From contig OZ024760.1 in NCBI GenBank assembly GCA_964016885.1, forward strand, positions 28,334,001 through 28,398,000: DNA of 64,000 bases, written 5' to 3'. Of the stretch, positions 1 through 12,200 are shown one piece after another. A model generated the notes under the pieces. It saw only the letters and a program-made list of their open reading frames with translations, had not been told where the DNA came from and did not search any database. Origin of the DNA: Eledone cirrhosa. Lineage: Eukaryota. Every line of letters begins with the position of its first letter. Position 1 is the stretch's first letter. The position numbers were made by a program, and so were the translations under genes.

Positions 1-14
1 TCAGCTACAAGGCT

Positions 15-432
15 GCATCTCATAGGAGGATTCTTGGGTGTTCATATGATAGAGGCCCCAATCCTACCATGTTACATCTCATAGGAGGATTCTTGGGTGT
101 TCATATGATAGAGGCCCCAATCCTACCATGTTACATCTCATAGGAGGATTCTTGGGTGTTCATATGATAGAGGCCCCAATCCTACCATGTTACATCACAT
201 AGGAGGATTCTTGGGTGTTCATATGATAGAAGCCCCAGTCCTACCATGTTACATCTCATAGGAGGATTCTTGGGTGTTCATATGATAGAGGCCCCAATCC
301 TACCATGTAACATTTCATAGGAGGATTCTTGGGTGTTCATATGATAGAAGCCCCAGTCCTACCATGTAACATCTCATAGGATTCTTGGGTGTTCATATGA
401 TAGAGGCCCCAATCCTACCATGTTACATCTCA
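15..432. repeat. 59-bp tandem repeat, ~7 copies
   Basis: Unit aggaggattcttgggtgttcatatgatagaggccccaatcctaccatgttacatctcat. Confidence 0.95.
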
Positions 433-727
433 CACCTATGTAGGTTTAGCTGGCCTCATACATGGTTGCATCTCATAGTAGGTTTCTATGAATACAATTC
501 CGCCACCATAATAGTAGAGTTGTATTTGACGATGAATTGTAGAGGAATTATTGCAAATGAACTATATTTGTAGAGGAAATTTTGTAGAGAAAATTTTGTG
601 GAGAAAAATTTATGTAGAGGAAATTTTGTAAAGAAATTGTAGAGGAGATTTTATAGAAGAATTTTTGTAGAGGATTTTCTGTAGAAAAGTTTTGGAGAGA
701 AATTCTCCTAGAATTACTTGAAAGTTG

Positions 728-3700
728 CTACGTAGAATGGGAATCACTTAGTTGTAAGTTCTCCAAGTGTAAGGAAAGATCTTGTTCAGAAGAAAATGTA
801 GAATGTAGGGGGCTGTTGGCAGGACTTTGTGGAGTATTATTTGGGGCTGGAGGGGACATCACATTATCATCACAGGCGTTGGAATCTAAGCGTGGCACCA
901 AGGAAGGGATCTCTCCACCCAACGGTCCTGGACGTCCTTGGGAGCTCTGGTTTAGCTTTATGCCTGCGATGCCCTTCTTTTCGGGTATGTTGACAAAGTC
1001 TCTTTTGATCTGCCGTCTCTTCATGGGATTGTCCTGTCGATACTGGATGTTTTTCTCAAAGTCTATAGTATAGAGGTAGCCGGCGATGAGCAGATCAAAG
1101 CTGGTCTCGTTGGTTTTGTAGCGCTGTTCCATCTCCTTGCTCGTCCGTTCGTCATACTGCCACCAGCCATTGCGACCCTCGTAGAACCACTGGTAGTTCT
1201 TGTCGAAAGTGACCGTCTTTTCAAGTTGTTCTTCATTAAGAAGTGGAGGGTTCAAGAAGCAGCTGTCAGGAATTTCTTGTCGACACAAAGCACAGCGTTG
1301 GCTCTGCTTTGCAGATCCTTTCATACAAAGGAAGCAGAAGATGTGTTTACATGGTAATTGGACAGGATATTCACAAGGGTGCAAGCAGATTGCACATTCA
1401 AACTTTTCAGGTGTATGAATGGGAAGCATTTCTGAAAATATAAAAAGATAAAATCAGATATGAATATGAGATACAGAGAAAGAGAAGAGTATATATGTAA
1501 AATCTTGCATGCTTTAATTTTAACTCTTATTAACTGCATTGTTTCTTTCCAGGGACTACCGTATTTCCTGGCACCGTAGACGCTTCGTCCTCGAGGACCC
1601 ACCCTAATTTTGACAACTAAAAATTTGAAAAAAAAAAAAATAATAATGAAAAATGCAACCTTCGGCCTCCAAGACCCAGGAAGATTTTTTAGACTTATTT
1701 CAGGAAAAAAGTAGCGTCTTCGATGCTGGGAAATATGGTACATTGGAAAATAAATCTCATTTTGTCATTACATTAGTATCTTGGTCAGCCTATGAACTTT
1801 TCAATCGACCCTCGTATGAGATCCTCTGAAGGACATTCCCACCGATGAAGTGTTGTGCAATATATGCACAATATAACTACTGTAAAAGACAGGTGCACCT
1901 GCACATGTATGATCAGACCCTACTCCTAAAATAAAATAAATTTAGTCAAGAAAATATTGATATGCAAATTACTATGACCCAAATGCAGTCATCTTCGTTA
2001 AAATATAACGTAATTTGTGCACTGAGGTATAGTTTTAGGCATTCAACACATTCAAATCTTATGTCTCATTGAGTGAGTAATGGACCAGCCAGGGCTCTAT
2101 GTATCCCTATTCATTAGCAAATTATATACATAAATATATATCATCATCATTGTTTAAGGTCCATCTTCCACGACAGCATGGGTTAGACGGGAATTGTCCC
2201 ATTTGAAGTAAGATTGGTCGGGTGACCAAGTCTCGCTTGTATACGATTATCTGGCAGGTTTTCTACAGCTGCATGCCCTTCCTAACACCAACCACATTTG
2301 CAGTGTAGTCTGGGAGCCTTTTTACCGTGTCTCCTACACAACCACTTTACAGTGTAGTCTGGGAGCCTTTTTACCGTGTCTCCTACACAACCACTTTACA
2401 GTGTGGACTGGGAGCCTTTATTACCGTGTCTCCTACACAACCACTTTACAGTGTGGACTGGGAGCCTTTTTACCGTGTCTCCTACACAACCACTTTACAG
2501 TGTGGACTGGGAGCCTTTTTACCGTGTCTCCTACACAACCACTTTACAGTGTGGACTGGGAGCCTTTTTACCGTGTCTCCTACATGACCACTTTACAGTG
2601 TGGACTGGGAGCCTTTTTACCGTGTCTCCTACACAACCACTTTACAATGTGGACTGGGAGCCTTTTTACCGTGACTCTTACGCAACCACTTTACAGTGTG
2701 GACTGGGAGCCTTTTTACTGTGTCTCCTACACAACCACTTTACAGTGTGGACTGGGAGTCTTTTTACTGTGTCTCCTTCATGACCACTTTACAGTGTGGA
2801 CTGGGAGCCTTTTTACTGTGTCTCCTACATGACCACTTTACAGTGTGGACTGGGAGCCTTTTTACAGTGTCTCCTACATGACCACTTTACAGTGTGCACT
2901 GGGAGCCTTTTTACCATGTCTCCTACATGACCACTTTACAGTATGGACTGGGAGCCTTTTTACCGTGTCTCCTACACAACCACTTTACAGTGTGGACTGG
3001 GAGCCTTTTTACCGTGACTCTTACGCAACCACTTTACAGTGTGGACTGGGAGCCTTTTTACTGTGTCTCCTACACAACCACTTTACAGTGTGGACTGGGA
3101 GTCTTTTTACTGTGTCTCCTTCATGACCACTTTACAGTGTGGACTGGGAGCCTTTTTACTGTGTCTCCTACATGTCCACTTTACAGTGTGGACTGGGAGC
3201 CTTTATACAGTGTCTCCTACATGACCACTTTACAGTGTGCACTGGGAGCCTTTTTACCATGTCTCCTACATGACCACTTTACAGTATGGACTGGGAGCCT
3301 TTTTACTGTGTCTCCTACACAACCACTTTACAGTGTGGACTGGGAGCCTTTTTACTGTGTCTCCTATACAACCACTTTACAGTGTGGACTGGGAGCCTTT
3401 TTACCGTGTCTCCTACACAACCACTTTACAGTGTGGACTGGGAGCCTTTTTACCGTGTCTCCTACACAACCACTTTACAGTGTGGACTGGGAGCCTTTTT
3501 ACCGTGACTCTTACGCAACCACTTTACAGTGTGGACTGGGAGCCTTTTTACTGTGTCTCCTACACAACCACTTTACAGTGTGGACTGGGAGTCTTTTTAC
3601 TGTGTCTCTTTCATGACCACTTTACAGTGTGGACTGGGAGCCTTTTTACTGTGTCTCCTACATGACCACTTTACAGTGTGGACTGGGAGCCTTTTTACAG

Positions 3701-4385
3701 TGTCTCCTACATGACCACTTTACAGTGTGCACTGGGAGCCTTTTTACCATGTCTCCTACATGACCACTTTACAGTATGGACTGGGAGCCTTTTTACTGTG
3801 TCTCCTACACAACCACTTTACAGTGGACTGGGAGCCTTTTTACCGTGTCTCCTATACAACCACTTTACAGTGTGGACTGGGAGCCTTTTTACCGTGTCTC
3901 CTACACAACCATTTTACAGTGTGGACTGGGAGCCTTTATTACCGTCTCCTACACAACCACTTTACAGTGTGGACTGGGAGCCTTTTTACTGTGTCTCCTA
4001 CATGACCACTTTACAGTGTGGACTGGGAGCCTTTATTACCGTGTCTCCTACACAACCACTTATAGTGTGGACTGGGTGCTTTTTGTCGTGACACCTACAC
4101 GACAACGAAATTCACGGGGTATAAAAAAATTCGTTGTAACAAAAAATTCTTTATAACGAGATATACCTAATCAAATCGGGCGTTTGCTTGTTTGTTATTA
4201 ACTCGAGGATTGAAAAAAAATTTAGTTATACTGAAAAATTCGTTATAACGGAATTTTACTTGTATATCATATCGTATCTTACCTTCGTCTTGGTGTTCTT
4301 CCACCACTACATCTATGTTGGCCTTCTCGTTGCCACCATCCCAGTTCGGATTCTGGAGACGGTTGTTTAAATTCACATCCTCCAT
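728..4385 (-). CDS. RNF146: E3 ubiquitin ligase RNF146/Iduna (RING + WWE); join(4385..4283, 1431..728), ~268 aa; possible in-frame N-terminal extension join(5173..5094, 4431..)
   Basis: C3HC4 RING (CAICLHPCEYPVQLPCKHIFCFLC..RCALCRQEIP) followed by WWE (QWFYEGRNGWWQYDERTS..LLIAGYLYTIDF..QYR). Phase-1 donor GAAG|gtaaga at 4283/4282 joins acceptor ttttcag|AA ATG at 1431 in frame. Confidence 0.93.
1557..1740. mobile_element. pogo/Tc1-like MITE
   Basis: TIRs taccgtatttcctggcaccgtagacgc / gcgtcttcgatgctgggaaatatggta, flanked by TA. Confidence 0.7.
2290..4085. repeat. 49-bp minisatellite, ~36 copies, inside an RTE 3'-UTR copy in RNF146 intron
   Basis: Unit aaccactttacagtgtggactgggagcctttttaccgtgtctcctacac. 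Confidence 0.95.
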
Positions 4386-4509
4386 TCGAGCAAATCGGAT
4401 GTTAGGGGCACCCTCAAAAGTTTGTAACCTCCTATTACAATAGGTGTTGAAAATATTCGGAGGTAGCGTGGGGGGAACAGGGAGTTTTGCTGGGCCCTCT
4501 TTCGATACC

Positions 4510-4900
4510 TATCACAATATGTTAATATTGGTTGCGATTTTGTTAGAGCTGTTGTCGTTTGTTACCCCTATCAGAATATTACGGGGAAGTTTTCTTGGGC
4601 CCCGTTGGTGGACTATCGCAATATATGTTGGATAATATTGGTTGCGATTTTGTTGATGTCGTTTGTTACCCTGAATGAGAATATTACGGGGGAGTATTCT
4701 TGGGCCTTGTTCGTTGACTATTACAATATATGTTGGATAATATTGGTTGCGATTTTGTTGCTGCTGCCGTTTGTTACCCCCTATCAGAATATTATGGGGA
4801 AGTTTTCTTAGTTTCCTCGGGCCCCGAACGTTGACTGTTACAGTATATGTTTGATAATATTGGTTGCGATTTTTGTTAGAGCTGTTGGTTTACTTTCGAT
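4510..4900. repeat. ~105-bp degenerate tandem repeat, ~4 copies
   Basis: Recurring ataatattggttgcgattttgtt..gtttgttacccc..gaatattacgggga. Confidence 0.8.
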
Positions 4901-5344
4901 TACAATATTTGTTGGTGGTGTTACCGTTGGTAGTGGCGATGATAGGACTAGCGTTAGTTGAGGTAGTGGTGTTAGTTTTAAATATTTCGTCATAGATGTT
5001 AGGCTATTCTCGTTATTATTTCTACAACCGGGTTGCTATATACACATATACACATATATATATACACACAACGGGATGTTTTTGTTAAACTACCTGGCTT
5101 GTTTACTTAAATTCTTATCGTTCGTTTTCCACATTTGTGCCGGCCAATGTAAAATAACTTCCTTCACCACCATTCACTGTTGTTAATGTGAGGTGGGTAG
5201 AATTAACAAACATATCTGTTAAAACCAGGGGCTAAAAAAACAAAGGAGAGGTCAACGAGGGGAGGACATCAACATGGAGTTCCTGTCTTTTAGAAAAGGA
5301 AGGAGCTTCGTAAATTTACTTTCGAGGTCAAACATTCAAAGAGA

Positions 5345-5385
5345 TGACGTAGAGCCGGAAGTGACGTAGTAGGCAAACAAAATGG
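5345..5385. promoter_or_regulatory. Putative (bidirectional) housekeeping promoter core between RNF146 and MPP10: CRE half-site, ETS-CRE composite, YY1-like site
   Basis: TGACGT at 5345, CCGGAAGTGACGT at 5355-5367 and AAAATGG at 5379-5385, located between two divergent genes. Confidence 0.55.
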
Positions 5386-5461
5386 TCTTTTTGTTGTTGT
5401 TGTTGTTGTTTGATATTGTTATTTTTAACACATTCTTTGCCATATTTATAATAAACGGCTG

Positions 5462-5758
5462 TTATCCTTTCGTTACCATATATCTAATAAAAAAAAGTCT
5501 ATACCATTACCCCTTTCGTTATCATATTTCTAATAAACGATGCTACCAATGTCATTAATCCTTTCATTACCATATTTCTAATGAAAGACACTACCTATGT
5601 CATTAACTCTTTCATTACCATATTTCTAATGAAAGACAGTCTATGTCATTAACCCTTTTATTACCATATTTCTAATGAAAGACACTATCTCATTAACTCT
5701 TTCATTACCATATTTCAAATGAAATACACTATGTCATTAACCCTTTTATTACCATACT
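5462..5758. repeat. 46-48-bp tandem repeat of a TTAA-CCCT MITE terminus
   Basis: gtcattaaccctttcattaccatatttctaatgaaagacact; same unit as 16295-16860. Confidence 0.85.
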
Positions 5759-6210
5759 TTTTCTTTTACTATTACTAAATTACTTTAGGTAAAACCGAAT
5801 TAATCTAAAAAAAAGACTATATTTATAAAACGAGAATCCGAGGAACTAATGATATATGTTAGGAGAAAATTAATTATTTAGTGAAGTATGAAAATTAATT
5901 TTTATGCTGAATAATAATGATTTCTTAAGGCATAAGGTCATCAATTTTGGGGGAGGAGAGAAAAGTCGATTATATCGACTCACTGTAATTTATTCTATCG
6001 AATCTAAAAAGATGAAAAGCAAATTTGACCTGGGCGGAATTTGAACTCAGAACATAAAGGAACCTAATCAAATACTGTAAAGCATTTGTCCGACGCTCTA
6101 ACCGTTCAGCCAATATAAAATATAAGCAAAAATCTATTACACGATAACTATTTTCCTATTGCACCGTTTGTAACTCTTCAATAAAGAGGAAAGATTAAAC
6201 GAAAACAGAA

Positions 6211-9200
6211 ATGGCGACGGAAGAGTGTTTAGACGACACTCTTCATGTTTTAAATATAATTTCTCGAAATCCAGAGCATTTTTTAGAGTAAGTATCAACA
6301 TTACTTCTTGAAAATATTTATAAAAACCGACTAATTAAAAAAAACCGGAAAACAAAGGCTTTCCCAGTATATTAATAACATCATGCCAGCATCTCCTAGC
6401 ACACGTGGTTTTATAAGTTTATTTAGGATCCTGTGTTTTAAAGGAGTTGTGGAACCTTCATAAAGAAGAGATGCGGTTGAAAGCATGATTTACGCTAGAG
6501 TTTCTATGAAGTTTCTCTGTATATTAAAATCAATAGCCAGGTCACTCAACCTATATTTTTTCTGTGCATAAGAAAGCATATACAATATGTTTATGTATAA
6601 TAAACACGAATGTTTCACTATGAGTGATGGAGTCTTATGGGCGCCGTATTGACATGGCGTGTCGTAAGTATAGCAATGAGTCTGGTTATAATATAACCTC
6701 TTATAAAGAATGGAAGAATGATCAGAGAGAAAGGAATAGAGTGTATAGCATATGATGAGATATGGGATAAATATATATAACGGAAGGTGTTAGATACCAG
6801 GTGGATCATAACGCACCAGAGTACTCAATACTTAGGGTAGTAGAGTGGGTAATAGTGAAAAGAGTCAGGACCCCGACGGCTGAGTTCCGGTCATTTCGGA
6901 TCTAGCTCTCGAAACGGCCGGAGCTCAGCCGCCGGGGTCCTGCCTCTTTTCCCTATATATATATATAGAGAGAGAGAGAAGAGGAAATGATGGTGGTAGG
7001 GTATATATGTTGACCTCTCATTACCTTTTCTCTATATATATATATAAACAATGAGTTATATGGTTTGTTGATTATCATTCAACAAAGTTAATATAACATA
7101 TGAAGCACTCAACAGCATTTATCTGGAGTAATTAATATTAACAATATTAATAAATGGCAAATCATCATCATCGTTTAACATCCATCTTCCACGCTAGCAT
7201 GGGTCTGGACGGGAATTGTCCCACTTGAGGCAAGATTGGTTGTCTCGCTCGTATAGGACTGTCTGGCAGGTTTTTTACGGCTGGATGCCCTTCCTAACAC
7301 CAACCACGTTTACAGTGTGGACTGGGAGGTTTTTACCGTGTTACCTACACGGCCACATTACAGCGTGGAATGTGTTTTTTTTTTGTCGTGACACCTACAC
7401 GACCTCATTTATTTAGGACTGGATGTTGTGGTACCAACATAGCTTTACATCGAAAGGGGTGGTGTAGATGGCGGTAGGGGTAGTGGGATGGGGGTGTATT
7501 TTGGTTAAGAGGTACCTACTGACTGTAGGTTTCGCTTTGCACTTAGGCAAGCGGGTCTTCTGTATTACTACGTAGCGCCAAAGATCTCGGTCCAGTGACA
7601 TTGTCTTGGAGAGGTGTAAGTGTGTAAGGTCGGAATTTATCAAGTCCCAGGTTTTTCTGGGTCTGCCTACTCCGTAGCTACCGTCTATTTTGATCACCCT
7701 GCACTTTTTTATACAGCTGTCTTTCATGCGCATCGCGTGACCATACCAACGTAGTCTTCTCTCAAGTAAACAGCATCTGATCCCTCTTATTCCTAATTTC
7801 TCACTTAGTTCGTTTATGCTTTGCCGTTCACGTATATTACTATTACATATCCAACGGAGCATGCAAGCTTCGTTCCTCTCCAGTCTGCGTTGATCCTCTG
7901 CACACAAGGCCCATGTCTCACTGCCATGTAACATCGCTGTTCGTATACAGGCATCATACAGCCTGCCTTTTATTTTTAGAGAGAAACCTTTAGCGGCCAA
8001 TAGTGGTATAAGCTCTCTGAACTTTTTCCATCCCATTTGGACTCTAGCTACAGTACTTTCGGAGCACCCTCCACCCCTGCTGATTTTGTCACCCAGGTAA
8101 TGGAAGGTGTCCACTATTTCTATAGAACCATCTGGGCAATGGAATGAGCTAGTATTCTGTGGGCATTTGCTGCTACTCATTGCACCAGAGCACCGGCCAC
8201 ATATAAAATCTATATTCTTAGTTAGCTTACCTGTGATCCCACTACATCTTTTATGCATCCATACTTTGCATTTGGGACATAAAATGGAGTTTCTGCCTAT
8301 TCCTTTCCTACACACTGAGCATGGCCATTTCCCGGATGGGACCAGTGCCCTATTCTCCTTCCTACATATTAGGACTTTAGTCTTAGACAAGTTAACTTTA
8401 AGGCTTTTTGATTCTAGGCCATGCTTCCATGTTTGGAATTTCTTCTCTACTTCAGCCATTGATTCAGCTATGAGCGTTAGATCATCTGCGTATAGAAGTT
8501 CCCATGGGCAGCCGGTCTTGAACTCCTCCGTTATAGCTTGGAGGGCGATAATAAATAGGAGGGGGCTAAGGACTGAGCCCTGATGAACACCAACTTTTAC
8601 GCTAAACTCTTCACTATATTCGTTGTTAATTCTAACCTTGCTGACTATTTCTTTATACATGGCTTGTATAGCTCTCAGAAGCCATTCATCTACACCTAGT
8701 TTTCTAAGAGCCCACCAGATAATGGAGCGGGGGACTCTGTCAAAGGCTTTTTCCAGGTCTACAAAAGCTAAGTAGAGGGGTTTACTTTAGCTAGGTACTT
8801 CTCCTGTAGTTGTCGTACAATGAAAAGAGCGTCTGTGGTACTTTTACCTGAGACAAACCCGAACTGCATTTCACCTAGATCAATTTGCTCTCTGATTAGT
8901 TGCGCTATTACTTTTTCTCTGACCTTCATCACCTGGTCAATTAATTTAATGCCTCTATAGTTTCTCCTATCTAGGGCATCTCCTTTACCCTTTTAGCAGT
9001 TAATGATGATGCTGCTATGCCAGTCCATTGGAACGACCCCATTCTGTATAACTTGATTTACTATCCGGGTGACCATAGTGTGTCCCACCGTTCCAGATGC
9101 TTTCAGCATTTTAGCAACTATTTCCAAAGGCCCAGCCGCCTTGCCCGTCTTTATATCTTTGATTGCCTTACTTATTATACTACCTTCAACTTGCACTGCT

Positions 9201-12200
9201 GGTCCCTCTATTGGATCGATGTGGGGGAGACTGTCTTTCTCCCATTTATTCTCCTCATTTAGTAGCCTTTCGTAGTGACACTTCCAAGCTACCTTCTTCT
9301 CAGCGTCAGCGATTGCAAGTACACCATCATCATTATGGACACACTTCTCCCCGACAATATTACGGTTCTCCTTGACACATTGTCTAGCAATCCTGAACAC
9401 CTCGCGTTGTAGAACATGCTTGAACTTTCTTTCCTCTGCTTCCCTTCTTGCGAAGTACACTTGTCTCCTAGCTTCCCTCCTGGCCACTTGATAGTCTTCT
9501 CTACTTCCCCCATCCCGCCATACTTTCCAAGCCTGCTTTTTGGCCTTGATCGACTCCTCCACCTTACTGTTCCACCATCAAGTTACTCTCCTCCTGCCTA
9601 TAGGTCTGCTCCAGCCACAGATTTCATCTGTCGCCTTCAGCAAGTTAGCTTTCAGGAATACCCACTGTTCCTCTATATTGTACGACTCTAATTGCTCTTC
9701 CTTACTGTCAAAAGCATCAAGTAATATGCTTTTAAATTTATTACTGGCTGTGGGGTCCTTTAACTTCCATATTTTTTCTCCTAAGGATATTCCTCCTCTG
9801 TTGTCGAATACGTCTCGTCCTGACTTTGAGGTTGCTAACTATGAGGCTATGTTGGGAGGTGCATTCTTCATGGGGGAGGGATTTAGTGTTTACAACAGAC
9901 ACTCTGTCTCGTCTTCTGGTAAGGATATAATCTATCTGACTGGCGTGTTCCCCTGATCTATAGGTGATCAAGTGATTGTCTCGTTTTTTGAAGTTTGTGT
10001 TACAGATAGTTAGGTTATTTGCGTCACAGAATTCCAGGATTCTGGAGCCTTCCTCATTTCTAGTACCAAAACCATAGCCTCCATGGATTCTGTCATAGCT
10101 GTCACAGTGTTGTCCAACGTGACCATTTAGGTCGCCAGCAATAATTATATACTCACTGTCCGTTATTTGGGAGGTAATGAGCATTAACGACTCATAGAAT
10201 CTGTCTTTTATAATGCCAGGCAGTCCAGGTTGGGGTGCATACGCAGATATTATTGTCACAGTAGTTCTATTGAGGACAAGTCTTATTTTAATTATTCTGT
10301 TGTTCACTCTATTTACGTCTATTATCTTATCTGCCCATTTTTCTGCTACCATGATTCCTACCCCACCCAGCCCATTGTCATTTCCCACCCAGAAAAGCTT
10401 ATAGCATCGTTTTTTTACCCACAATGAATCTAGCAGACCCACCCCTCCACCTGGTCTCTTGAATACAGTAAACATCAACCTCCTTATGTTCAAGCATCTC
10501 TACAACCTCGTTAGAGCGACCTTTTAAGGTACCTAAATATCTTTATAATACCATATTTATTTATTTTGTGTCCTTGAAATATGTATAATAAAATAAATAT
10601 GGTATTATAAAGATATTTTTCATTTATTAATATTGTTGATATATATCCCATCTCCCATCATATGCTATACACTCTATTGCTTTCTCTCTCTCTTCATCTC
10701 TGACCATTCTTCATTAAGAGGTTATATTATAAGCCAACTCATTGCTATGATCCTCAAAGCAGCTCGCTGTTTTACACCAATTTCTACATTTGAAGTTCCT
10801 ACAATTTTATGAAAAATGTTTACATACACATCGCTTCAAATCATTTCATATCTATTTTTATCTTTTGTTAGTGTCCATCAAAAAAATGCTGACCGTTTGA
10901 AGGAAACTACCAAGAAATTGTATGACTTGACCTTTGAAAAACTTCCAGTGAAAAAGGCTGTTTCAGAATTAATTATCGACAGTTTTGAAAATGAACAAGT
11001 CTGGGAAGAGCTTGAGTTATATAACAATGCTGTGATATCGGAACTTATCACCGATTTATCTCATTTAATTGCTGGCAAGGAGCGGATATCTTTTAAAACC
11101 TCGAAATCATTACATCACAAGGAGGATGATGATGACGATCTTGATAGTAACGCTGACAATGCCACAGAGGCGGAAAGGGATGATGGTGGGAGAAAAAAGA
11201 TGGTCGGCAAACAGAAAGAGGAAATTTTAGATGGTGGTGATGATGACAATGATGATGGTTTTGATGATGAAAGTGATGAAGAATTAGAGAAAATAAAGTC
11301 AAACTTGAAGAAATATGAAAGACTTTCTGGAAACAATAAACAATTAGATTCCGATATCGGTACTGATTCTGAGGGTGACCCTAAGGATTTGGCTACAGAA
11401 TTCCAGGAGGATGCTTCAGACTTGGAAGATTCCAAAGACTCCAAGACAAACAGTGAGAAAGAAGGAAAAGTGAAGAAAAGCAAAAATAAGTCTTCAGTCG
11501 TGGACGATGATTTCTTCAAACTCTCTGAAATGGAAGCATTTCTTGTACAACAAGATGCCCTTGAAGCAAGAAAGGCGAAGCGTGGCAATGTACCAGAAGA
11601 AGAACAGGAGGAAGATATTGATGTATTTCAGGACATTGGCTCCGATAAAGAGGTAAAGTAATTGTATTTTGGTTGAATTTTAACCTTTTCATTGCTATAT
11701 TTCTACTGGTTGTGCTGGTGACATGACAAAACAGCACTCAAGCTACTGTGTAAGGTAGTCGTGCTGGTGACATAACAAAAAGCACCCAGTCCACCCTGTA
11801 AAGTAGTCATGCTGGTGATACAAGAAAGCACCTAGTCTATCCTGTAAGGTAGTCATGCTGGTGACATGCCAAAAAGCACCCAGTCCACTGTGCAAGGTAG
11901 TCATGCTGGTGACATGCCAAAAAGCACCTAGTCCACTCTGTAAAGTAGTCATGCTGGTGACATGACAAAAAGCACCCAGTCCACTGTGCAAGGTAGTCAT
12001 GCTGGTGACATGACAAGAAGGCACCCAGTCAACTCTGTAAGGTAGTCATGCTGGTGACATGCCAAAAAGCACCCAGTCCACTGTGCAAGGTAGTCATGCT
12101 GGTGACATGCCAAAAAGCACCTAGTCCACTCTGTAAAGTAGTCATGCTGGTGACATGACAAAAAGCACCCAGTCCACTGTGCAAGGTAGTCATGCTGGTG

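Noticed and set aside
2327-4156. Cluster of overlapping ORFs
   Set aside because: Artefacts of the 49-bp minisatellite.
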